Shown in pieces: positions 53,442 to 64,000 of a DNA stretch of 64,000 bases. The notes under the pieces are model-generated. The model did not search any database. It worked only from the letters and a program-made list of their open reading frames with translations, and was not told where the DNA came from. The stretch's first letter is position 1; every line of letters begins with the position of its first letter. The stretch is from Dicyema japonicum (Eukaryota > Animalia > Dicyemida), in NCBI GenBank assembly GCA_011109175.1, contig RDEW01000017.1:124001-188000 (forward strand), in the 5' to 3' direction. The position numbers and the translations under genes are program-made.

Positions 53442-54230
53442 AATCCTAGTAAATTAAATTTTACAGACGGTACACTATGAACACTACACAAAACTAATAA
53501 ACGTGACTTTTTAATTAATTTTTAATATTTAAAATTACCATATTTTTAGCCATAATAAAAATCTTAAAAACGACCAATTTATATTCCAATTTTCTCTCAG
53601 AGGAATCCACGAGGAATCATGTCTGTGGTTTCCTGCGCTTTTGAGAAGAACCAGAAAACCGATGTGATTTCTTACGCCAGAAAAAACATCGATCAGTCTT
53701 AAAGAAGGACACTCCGATCGATGTTTTCGTAGACATTTGCGGAAATTCTACTGTTGGGATACTGGAATACCAGTGCAAAAATAGTCTTTGGATAATTAGA
53801 AACTGGAATGGATCACTTAATTAGTTGCTTTTAACATCTTCTTGTTGATCTCGGGGTTCTCAAATTTAATAAATAGGTAGAATTTGGCAATAGTGACTCA
53901 CGAAAATACACTTGACTTGTCATTTTCAATTAAAGGATTCAACGTGGAATAACAACCGTGGTTTCCTGTATTTCTTCAAAAAACCAGGAAACTTGTTTAA
54001 GACCGATGGCGTTCACACTCAGGCGAAAGGTCAGAGCTGGTGATCCATGGGTCTATTTTGTTCGTACTTTAAAAACAAAACTGAGAAAAAACAACGTAGT
54101 TCCCTTTTTATGGTGGCTTCAGACGGGTTGATTGACGTAGAAGGAATAAGGCATCTTGGAAATCTCGGGGTTTAATTTAAAAAAAGTAAACTTTTTTGGT
54201 TGTTGTCGTAAACAGTATATATATAGTTAA

Positions 54231-57200
54231 ATGGAGTTTTTATGATTTAGAGTTAAATAGAAAATTAAATTTATTTCATATTTTTAGTTATTATCTGTCA
54301 AACAATAAATGTTTAGCTATTGAGCGCCAAAAATTGTTCGAATGATCGTGTCTGATGTCAGTTTTGATTCTTCGAATGAAGAAATTAATAAAATAATCAG
54401 TATAAAATAAACGATATTTAATTAGGTTTGTCTAGTGAATTCTTAAAACTTGGTAATTTCCTAACAGAATCTATAAATTTATCTGAGTCTCTCGTTCAAT
54501 CTGTTCAAAAAATACCTGAACTGCAGTCAATAATAAAAACAGGATAAACTACTAACAAAAAAGGTTTTTTATTATTAAAGAATCCAAGCTACAAGAAATT
54601 TCCCTAAATCTCTGGAATACTCCTCTGCAAAAACTTTCATCCATAGAAATAAACAGCCTAATACACTCAAACAGTGCCTTAGTATATTTTATCGTAGTCT
54701 GGTATGCATCCAGTTTGATAATGCACTATCTTTCATCATCTCTACTCCAAGAAAATGTATATTCTAAAAAGATAACAGTAATTTGACATTTTTATTCATA
54801 GATGTACCTGAAAACAGCAAAGCTACTCCTCGGTTCCTTTTAGCCTCTAATATAGACTCCAAAAAATATTCAATGGCAATCCAAACTGCCGGCCTCGGCA
54901 TAGATGTACTTAAATAGCTATAAAATTAAAGTATAGCGTGGAATTGAAGCAAAATCTCGCACTTTTGCCTCAGCTTAGTAGAACCTCGACTGTCTGGTCT
55001 TCGGAGGTGGACGTCAACCTCTTGATTCTTAAATCCTATCTGATAGAAGCTGTAAAATAATTTGTAAGAGTTTAGAATTCCAATGCTGGGCAATTAATGG
55101 ATTCGTATAGAATATATCTCTCAGTCAAGGATACTTTATTTAAGTTTCCACCAGATAAGGTAATTTTATAGCTCAGCAGATCATGTATTGGTCAAATATC
55201 TGCTACAACTGTGCCTGTGTGGCATATAATTCTAATAAATTTGACGAGTGCATTCCATGGCTCCATGAAAGTAGCCAATTGGCTGAACAAACTGATTATT
55301 CGCCGAAAAATAAAGTAATCCGTTTATTAAGTAGGCTAAAATGCTTAGAATGCTCGCAAATGTTTACATTCGTAACAAAGGGGATAGATCAGTTAAAAAC
55401 TGCCCTAGATGTAGTCAGACAAGCAAATAACGTTTATTTACCTCATAAATAGCACAGATCGATCAAAATGTCGACGGGTTATTCCTGGAGATTAAGATAT
55501 CCGTCATGTTGCCTTATTTCGACGATAAATACATTGCTGAGAGTACTAATGCCTTATATTTGTCAGAATCATGCCAGGTCATATCGTCAAACTCACTCAC
55601 TGTGGATCAGGAACTGACTATTGCCGGTCTCTGTCTTAGTAGCGCAAGGTGAATGGTTGTTTAGAGCAGAAATGCCTCCTATTTAGGAATCTTGGATATG
55701 TTGGTTGAAAAATACGAGGGGACTGAGCATAAATATACAATTATTGCTACAAAGTGGAATATTGGCTGAAATCAAATTTGAGGAATGAAGCCTATGCCTT
55801 TCTTGACCAACTAACCAAATGTAGTCATCGTTAGCTATTCGTAGTTGAAGGCCTTAGAGACCTTACAGAGAATGCGTTGAACCTTTTCAAAGTTGTCGTT
55901 TGGGAAGAGGCTGGTCTTCTCTACCAGGTATGATTAATTTTTAATGTGGATGAAACTCTACGGGGAGTCCTTGATGTGGTTTCAACTTGTTGGAAGAATT
56001 CTCTCGTTTTACGTTTCTAACAAAACCGAAATGTCTCACGTTCAGTTACTGATGGCTGCCTGCTGTGTAGAGCTGGACGAATACAGTGAAGCCCTCGACT
56101 ACCTAACGATTTCCAGCAACGGAAACCACGAGGACTCTGCTCTCAGTTTATATTTGACTATCAAAGTCAACTTTCAAACAAACCAGCTAGTCGAAGGTAA
56201 CTGTTGATATTATTGAAGCCAAACAATCCGTTCGGACTTTGATGGATCTGTGCCGTCGCCAGATCAAAGAATCATCCCACGTGCTTTATCACGTGGCACA
56301 GTTAACGCAGCAGGTTGGAGTATCTAATAATGAAGTATAACTGTGCTGAACTTATGATGGACTGTCTTTTAACGATTTCTGAGAATTCTGATGAGGATTG
56401 TATGACCAACTTCAAAGCTTCGAAGTATCTCCTACATCACTATTTGGCTGACGTGGACAATTTTCAATGGAAGACGTTCGCAATTGACTGCCTCGAAAGA
56501 TGTTAGGCGGTTACTTATTCTTAGGCAGAGATTTTTTAGGGAAAATGAATCTACCGGATTTAGAAATGAAGGAATATTTGGGAGAGCTAATCAAATATTG
56601 TTTATTGCGCTGATTTAATTATAGCGTGGAATCTGGGGGTGTTGGCCTTAAAATCTGAACTATTGCCCGAGTCGGTCACCTGTCTGACGATTTGTGAGCA
56701 AGTAAACTCGTTGACTTATCGCAGTTCACCTCGCTAGTAGAAACCTCAGATATTGAGAATATTACGCCGTCGTTTATAGCAGAGTGCACTTCCCTCATCA
56801 GTTCCCTTTACTTAGAGCTCGCTCAAGTTAATTATGACGTGGAAAGCGTACTCTTATCCCTCACTTCAAGCAAGTCTATATCTAGAAAAATCTCTTTACT
56901 TTGTTCGTAAGACGACATCCTTAGCTTCTCCAGATTCAGAAATACTACGCTCAGTGTCTCTTGTTGAAATTATTGTGCACATTTTACAAAACGGCTGTGA
57001 ATCTGCTATTAGTTGCCTTGAGACCTTCGTCAACTCCTTCCCTGTTAAAACTGATGAGCTTGAACTCATTGCTTGTTTGTTTTGATCTCATTTAAGCCTT
57101 TGCTTTCTCCGCATATTCTAAGAATTATAGTCTAGCAATCGTTGCTTTAAAAATGGCTATAAAACACGTCTACGGCTCCGACAAAGTCGACTACAACCTC

Positions 57201-57643
57201 TTAGCGTATTATTAATGACTACTACGTAGCCGATTGATGAGGACTTTGCTAGAAGTATCAGTTGAAAGATGCTCGCTGTCTGATGAAATTCAGCGAAATG
57301 AGATTGCCATTTATTTTAAGGAAGCATTTTCTTTGGTTGAAAATAATAAGCAAGTTGGGTGTTTCAGCTATGATAGTGCTTTCAAGAACAAGAACATGTA
57401 TGGCTGGTGGTTAAAACGTGGAACATTGCTATGCGGATGGCTGGGTTAGGTAGAATAACTTTAAATTAGGCGACAACTCTTTGCCGAAGCTGAACGGTGG
57501 TGCAGTGAAGCGATGAGAATGCTCTCTTTTCTTCCAGAAGTTTACAAAGAATGTTATGGCGAAAAAGTGAGGATTGAATTGATTATATCAAGATGCACTC
57601 CTCGTATGGATATTTGTTGTCTAAGATTGCCAATTCAGTTTGA
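54231..57643 (+). CDS. TEX11: Meiotic TPR protein TEX11/ZIP4/SPO22
   Basis: WSNICYNCACVAY, VIRLL, GLFLEIKI; C-terminal WLVVKTWN and FAEAERWCSEAMRMLSFL..KECYGEK, matching TEX11. Many tiny introns and frameshifts; start tentative. Confidence 0.75.
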
Positions 57644-57689
57644 TTTTGTTTCTCTTTAATTATATTTCTGGTTTTCCATAATTTCAAGA

Positions 57690-58570
57690 TGCTAGGATAT
57701 TCATTTTCACATATCGTTGCTTTGGAAAGCTGATGAAGTTGGCCTTGTTGGTTGCACAAAAACGACACACTCAGTTAAGTTTTTGCGAGGAATTTGTTTC
57801 TGGTACCATCTCTGGGCTTATTTGTGAGCATAATCTTGACCCAGACAGAGAGGAAGCGTTATTCTCTGCCGTCTACGAAAGTTCCCATTGATTGAAAAAA
57901 AATCTTCCATAATGAAGTTACATGCTGTCACCATATCCATACGGGGAATATTCCTAAAAAGACGCCAGCGAGATTTTACCAGTTCTCCCTTATCGGTCCA
58001 TATTTATATAGCTCGTAAAGAGTCATGCTGTTCAATTTCTTAGGCATAATATTTTTCTTATCCGATTTATGTGTATTCGTCAAGTCTGCCAGAATCTATT
58101 TTCGACATTCCCCAAGTTCCTGAGTTGTACAGTAAGATCGGTTTATGAACACATCAAATAACTTTATCCGTAGGTTCAGAGACTTGCTTTCCATGAGTCC
58201 AAATATTCCACGTTTTTCATTGGACAAGATGCCAGCAATTTTCTGCGAGCAATATCCTCAGCATCTCCCAGAAGAAAGCCGAGCTTCTTTTTTTATGATC
58301 TCCATTTTTCATCAACCCATGTATCAATTCAAGCATCCGTTCAATCACTGTCAGCTAGATTTTTTTAATTTTCAATCACCATCTATCCAATATATTTGGG
58401 ACTTTGTCTACAACTGAATTAAGTAACTCGACGTCGTCGGACCCAAAATCTATATCGTCAGCATAAAGATCATGCGGCATATGTAATTTAGACATCATGT
58501 TCATCCCCAGTCTTTTTTCAGAGGAGGCGACGGTGAGAAATAGCCAGAGCTTCCTACGTATGTGCAAGGA
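57690..58570 (-). mobile_element. RTE-clade LINE remnant
   Basis: HDLYADDIDF; same family signature as 417-2436 and 16150-17104. Confidence 0.7.
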
Positions 58571-58599
58571 GCTAGGAAACCCATTCAGAGAGAAGGCGG

Positions 58600-59245
58600 T
58601 TCATGGGAAAGAATTCAGATCGGTATTAAAACATGCACTCCGATAGAATTCCTCTGCAGAAATAAAAAAAAGACACTTTAGGAATGCTATTGGTTCACTG
58701 GAAGAGCATTCGAAGAGAATTCGAGAGATATTGGAGGCTGGGATCACTTAAGTTAGCGAGTTAATACTTTCATTCTTGGTGGTTTTGGGGTTTTAATTAA
58801 TTTAATTTTAATTTAAAAACCAAGAATCACCGACAAAAACAAAGGAAGGTAGAAGCCGTCAGGTGATCCCAACCCCCTTGAGCAGCCTCCTCATCTTTCC
58901 TCGGTGTTCTTCCCGAGTGCCGACGCACTTCCTGTATTATTATTATTAAAAACCAAATATCAACGACAAATTAAATAACTACTTCGCCGTCAGGTGATTC
59001 CGGCCGCCTCGAATAGCCATCTCATTCTTGCTCGATGTTCTTCCCGGGTTCCAACGCATTTCCGGATTGGGCGGGGTTTCTAACTTTTTTGGAGGGTAGT
59101 AAGGCTCCGGTTTTCCTCACTAATTCCTCAAAAGGTGTAAGGTTTAGAGGTGTCCAAGAAAACCTTTGCAAAGCCTTACTGGCCATTTTTTGGAAGGTAT
59201 TGATTTTTTCTATATTCCTGTTTGATAGGTATGGACGAGTCATTT
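58600..59245. mobile_element. Three adjacent LINE 3' tips: 58600-58790(+), 58815-58930(-), 58960-59245(-)
   Basis: Each ends ...GIT*; 59030-59240 closely matches the reverse complement of 6940-7170. Confidence 0.8.
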
Positions 59246-59348
59246 TTCGGAAGTTTAGGGGTTTTATAATTAATAAAACAATTTATTACTTAAAAATAAT
59301 AATAAAAAAACAATAAATATTATTCGTTTAAAAATGAGAGTTAGTGAA

Positions 59349-60556
59349 TTATTTTTTAAACAAGTTCTTTTCAAATTCCTTCTTTTCAGTCTCTTTATTT
59401 AAATTTTTAATAAATTTTGTAACTAAAATAGGTATCTGAATAGCTATCGCAAAAACTCCGCATATCGCGCAAATTGAGCCGACTACTTTCCCCAAAATAC
59501 TTTTAGGATAAACGTCACCATAACCGATAGTCGTAATCGTCACTACAGCCCACCAAAACGAGTCTGGGATGCTAATAAACTGAGTGTCCGGGACATTCAT
59601 TTCTGTAAAATAAATTATATTTGAAAAGAAGACGACCAGAATCGACAAAAAGAAAAATATCATCGACAATTCCCGAAAAGAAGAATACAATGTTTGTCCA
59701 AGAATTTGGAGGCTATTTGAATATCTCGAAAGCTTGAAAACTCTCATAATCCTCACCAACCTCACAATTCGCACCGATTCAAGACTATTTGAATCCCACT
59801 TCACGGAATCCTGCGTTATTAAAAGACCTAGGAAATACGGGAGAATCGACAACAAATCAATCCAATTTAAAAAATTTTTGAAAAATTTGAACTTTTGTGG
59901 ACACAAAACAAATCGGAAGGAAAGCTCGAATATAAACCAGCCAATACAGCCCGATTCAGCATAGAAAAATATTTTCTCGTTAAGAGAGTCACCTCTGAAT
60001 TTGGGAATCGTTTCTGTCAGAAATACGGCAATTGATAGAATAATAACAACATTGGAAAATAAAGCGTAAATTTTCGCGTAAGGTGAACTATCAGGATACT
60101 CGGCGAACATCCAAAGTTTTTTAATGACAGGATTCCTCGGCATTGAAGCTTCCGGATTGTTAGTGGTTTTCCAGTTTGCCATCAATTTAAAGATGTGTTC
60201 AGACTCAAAGAAAAAAGAGACTTCGTTCATAAAGATATCAATATGAATCTCTTGAGGGATCTTGATGATTCCCCCACTTTGATAAAAATACAAAATATTC
60301 TCGAAGCAAATCCGGCTTCTATCAAAAAATACTCCTTCCGTAAGTCATCGTAATATTGGTTCCTCTTTTCAGGATTACCGAGAAGCGTGTTTGGATGCCT
60401 GTCCAGAGTTTCCAAAAATGTCTCAAAATGACAGCCACTTACATTGATTAAAATCCTGGTTTTATCTTCTAAGAACTCATCCTTGAGCTCAATTTTCTCA
60501 ATATCACTGGAATTGTCATTTAATTTAGGATAGTCACTACTTGATTTGCAATGCAT
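59349..60556 (-). CDS. Shaker-family (Kv1) voltage-gated K+ channel, intronless
   Basis: T1 domain INVSG.HFET..TL...[14 protein letters not shown](F)DR..YFYQSGG; S4 [16 protein letters not shown]; pore [15 protein letters not shown]. One frameshift in the T-run near 60325. Confidence 0.9.
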
Positions 60557-60599
60557 TCAAATTTCATCAAATTGAGTAAATTAACTATTTAAATGATTA

Positions 60600-61000
60600 T
60601 GAGTCAACGTCATGTCCTATGACTCATCGTTGTAGTCAATAAATCCTTAAGTTGGGACTCTCTTTGAAATTTATCGATTTCTATATTATTATTAATACAC
60701 GAAGCTATCAATAACGTCATCCTCCCCCACTTGTTCCTGTCGCGAACAAGCTTCTGAATCCAGCTAAGTGATCTCCCTGAAACTCCCCCAAATCTGTTAG
60801 AGGTCCCCGGCCAGGACCATCGTAGGGTCGTCCTTTGTCGTCCATGGAATCGGGGAACTTTAGAGGTAAATAAGTCCTCTATAGCCACGTTAGCTGTGGG
60901 TACAGGTCCATTCTCAATTCATCTCCAAGGAGCCTCCATAGAGATTCCGTGATTTCAACTGAGTTTTCGCGAGCGCCTCACCCTCCATCGAGCTTCCCTG
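60600..61000 (-). mobile_element. RTE 3' remnant
   Basis: PRFHGRQRTTL...LVRDRNKW. Confidence 0.55.
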
Positions 61001-61044
61001 AAGCAAATCTTACACAGAATCTTTCTAATTACTTAATATATTGA

Positions 61045-61330
61045 TTTCAGAAATAAAATTGTTCCAAAGACCAAGGGTAAACCAAGCTAACTAATTCCTT
61101 GATCCTAAAGCGTTCCAGAAGAACCTTCACCCATGAACAGTGATTCAGAGGACTTGTCCGGGGAGCTGAGGTCGATTTCAGAACTCTTTGGCAGGAAACG
61201 AAATTGTCTCCCGGTAGAATGAATAATTGTATCCCTTTAAATGTCGGACAGGCATTGGGCGTCTCCTTTTAAGGTTGACCAAATGACGCCATTGAGGAAG
61301 GAAGATGGCCACATAGAACCACGTGGCGAA
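61045..61330 (-). mobile_element. LINE 3' tip, family A
   Basis: Same body as the other family A tips, with a 10-bp terminal stem (61067-61106). Confidence 0.75.
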
Positions 61331-61429
61331 AATCGAAAAATAAATAAATTTCACATCCCAAATTTTTTTTTAAAATAATGGTTTCTATTTATCAATCCAT
61401 ACAGCTGTTTTCATTAATTATTTAAAATT

Positions 61430-62930
61430 CACCTTGAAGTTAAACAAGGTCGGCATTCCTTTCCACAGATGTCAAAGGATCTTGGGTGTGACAATTGATG
61501 TGCATCTCTGTTTAACATTACACATAGAAAACATTCTATTGAAATGCGAGAAAAAACTGAACGCATTGAAAAGTTTATTAGGAATATGGAAGAGTGATAC
61601 TCACCTAGTCTTGTTGAAAATATACAAACCATACATCGACTTATGTTTCTCATTTGCATGCACCTCGTGGGGACCTTCCATATCTTGGACAAATATGAGG
61701 AAATTAAGAAAATGCAAAAGAGGGCTTACAGAATAACGGAGTGTTGGATTTGTGAAGGTCATCAACCCGGACCTACACCTATGGATGCCTTTATGAGACT
61801 AGACTCCCGATCAGAAGAAGTTGCCCATGAAAATTCAGGCAGCCGTCCTGTACGATAATGCGCGGGCTCGAAGGAAGAAAACCCGGCAAAGATGAGGTCA
61901 CTGTTGGAATGCATAGAGATCACGTGATAATTAGTTTTGTATTCCCTTGGTCTTGGGTTAAATAAAAAAAATTGCGGATGGTTTCAACACTACCCCAAAA
62001 CACGTGCAGACAACAATGGTCTCGATTGACATCAACAAGGCGTTTGACTCGGTACAGAGGAAAGATTTAATTGGAAAAGTCTCTGATTCAAAAAATCGCC
62101 CTAAATTGAAGTTATGGCTGGCCAATTTTTATCTGGAAGATGTGGGAGGGTTATCTGTGGCCACCTCAGATCACGATCACGTTTACTACCAAACGGAGTG
62201 CCCCAAGGTTCGCCTTTGTCCCCATTCTATTCAACCTTTTCCTCCACGAGCTGCTAGCAGACATTGACAAAGACTTCCTACTGCTTTCTTATGCTGACGA
62301 TATCATCATTGCAACAAGAAGCAGTCTCACTCGCACTGAAGAAAGTGGATTGTATCGACGATTGGTGATAGCTAACCGTCTCTCGGTATCGGCTCCAAAA
62401 TCATCATGCACTCTATTCACCTCCGACTGGCGGTCCAAAGAAGAACCAGAAATCTTCATCGGACATACTCGGATACCTGTCACAAGAAACCCTCAATCCT
62501 GGGAGTGATACACGACAGGCTGCTTAATTTTACCTACCATGCCAAAAAAGTCTTCACCAAAGGGCTACAGAAATTGAATGTCAAACGGGCCCTCAAACGA
62601 GCCCCCAATATGAATAAAGCAATCGGAACCATATACCGCCAGACAATCGCTTGTTATGACAACGGACTCCAATTATGACCTGAGCGCTTGGAGCACGCAA
62701 TGGAGGTTACCTCTAATGATCGCGAGTCCAATGTGTCATACAGTTATTTATGACATCAAGAAGCAATCAATCAAAGGGCCATACGGTAGCCACTCTGACT
62801 GTTTGGTTATTCTAGCCAGGATTGCGAGCGAGATTCGCTTAAATAGCCAGAAGCGCTTGCTGAGATCTCCAATGCTAGTAGATTTCTGATACCAAGACGA
62901 CCAAGAAATTTGAATGGTTATTGAAAGTCC
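61430..62930 (+). mobile_element. Two jockey/I-like LINE RT remnants (61430-61950 ending GATCACGTGA-TTAG..; 61980-62930)
   Basis: RILGVTID; VSIDINKAFDSV; NGVPQG; LLSYADDII. Confidence 0.8.
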
Positions 62931-63449
62931 ATTAAAAATCTAGTTTATTGGTCAAACTCCCCTTGTCGCCCTGGGGTCGCTTAGTTAGTTGAGGAAATTC
63001 AAACTAGTCGAGGATGGTAGAGATAGTGATCTGTATTTTCAAATTGGCTTTTTCAAGAAAATCGTTTTCAGGGAAAGTTGAAAAAGTTTAAGAACCCCGG
63101 TCTAATAATTATGGACTTGATGAAAAACTAAATAGGGGTCAGATTGAGATTTTCTGATTCTAACCTCAACTGGACGCATTGGGGAAGTATAAAATGATTC
63201 ATTTTGACTTTGAATCTGATTATACTCATAGTTACTGTTAGTAACAAACATGGGGAAGGGGTTGTACCCCTGAGACCATTAATGATTAAATGAGTTGAAT
63301 TCTTACTCGTGAGGCTCGGGGGTGAGTTCAATATCTCTCAACGTAAGAAGGATCTCCTCGAAGTGATAACTTCGTGCCCAATCGATTATCGTCACCGGGA
63401 GGTCATATAGAGAAGGTAAGTGGTTCTTCTTATTAGGTGTCCTGCAAGG

Positions 63450-63560
63450 CAGTGACCCCCAACTTTTTTTGTCACGGACTGGTAAACGTTAGACAATTTT
63501 GCCGCAGGGGGTAGATTGTTTACTTACCTGCCATTTTCCGTGTCCTACTAAATAGCCACT
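63450..63560. mobile_element. Probable hAT left end
   Basis: CAGTGACCCCCAACTTTTTT resembles the other hAT TIRs; no partner found. Confidence 0.4.
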
Positions 63561-63657
63561 AATCTCCTACAACTCAGTAAGGGGGAGGTAACTCAACGTT
63601 ACTAACAAAAATACTCAGACATTATTTAGTACTAAAAATCATTACAGTTATCCCATC

Positions 63658-64000
63658 TCAGCAAAACTGAAATAACTACCAAATCAACCTTCCATCGAGC
63701 TCCACAGGCATTGCAAAGGCAAAACGTGTCATTGGTTCATCAGCACTCCTAGTCTGCAGTTGATTGTACAGCACGTCATGGGCCTTGCATTTTCCACATT
63801 TTATCTGAGTCGAGTGTGTTCCCGATGTGGTCCTCAGTTGGGCTTCCTCGATCGAATCCTTCTTCATTTGAGCTCGCAGGGACTTCAACTCTCCATTAGC
63901 CATATCCTGAGAACTAACAAAACAGACTACCGCCGTGCTCATGATGGCAAATTCCGCGGGGAAATTAAACCAGACAATATATTTTGACGCAATTGAGGAT
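63658..64000 (-). CDS. TCEA1: Transcription elongation factor TFIIS, C-terminal part (runs off the window)
   Basis: PQLRQN..MSTA|DMANGELK..KCGKCK..YNQLQTRSADEPMT..CNACGARWK|FC*; introns of 24 and 22 nt; one frameshift near 63715. Confidence 0.92.

Noticed and set aside
63521-63530. TACTTACCTG resembling the U1 snRNA 5' end
   Set aside because: No U1 stem-loops or Sm site follow, and it lies inside a hAT-like end.

Overview
Eukaryotic (animal-like) DNA from a reduced, AT-rich genome. Compact host genes carry miniature spliceosomal introns, mostly 21-30 nt and often at positions I recall from vertebrate orthologs. They sit as islands between dense transposon graveyards. This architecture fits a highly reduced parasitic metazoan such as a dicyemid or myxozoan (inference only). 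Host genes recognised: MAPKAPK2, DDX41/abstrakt, ARPC3, an XTBD microprotein, a PI-PLC, NIPP1/PPP1R8, an AT-hook/ZSWIM3N-like/BTB/C2H2 protein, CDC50/TMEM30, RPS14, TEX11/ZIP4, a Shaker Kv1 channel and the TFIIS C-terminus. There is also a duplicated orphan membrane-protein gene and a disrupted spectrin-repeat-like gene. Mobile DNA: APE-type LINEs (RTE and jockey/I-like), many CRE-clade (RLE-type) fragments, a tRNA-derived SINE family, three complete internally deleted hATs with 8-bp nnnTAnnn TSDs, and pogo, DUF659-type and possible Merlin remnants. The best novel signal is a conserved, covarying 3'-terminal stem-loop with a UUAGUUAG loop, shared by diverged LINE subfamilies and partly by the SINE. 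Many essential genes contain single-base frameshifts, most likely long-read consensus errors, so gene models are approximate. I found no CRISPR array, rRNA or intact tRNA.
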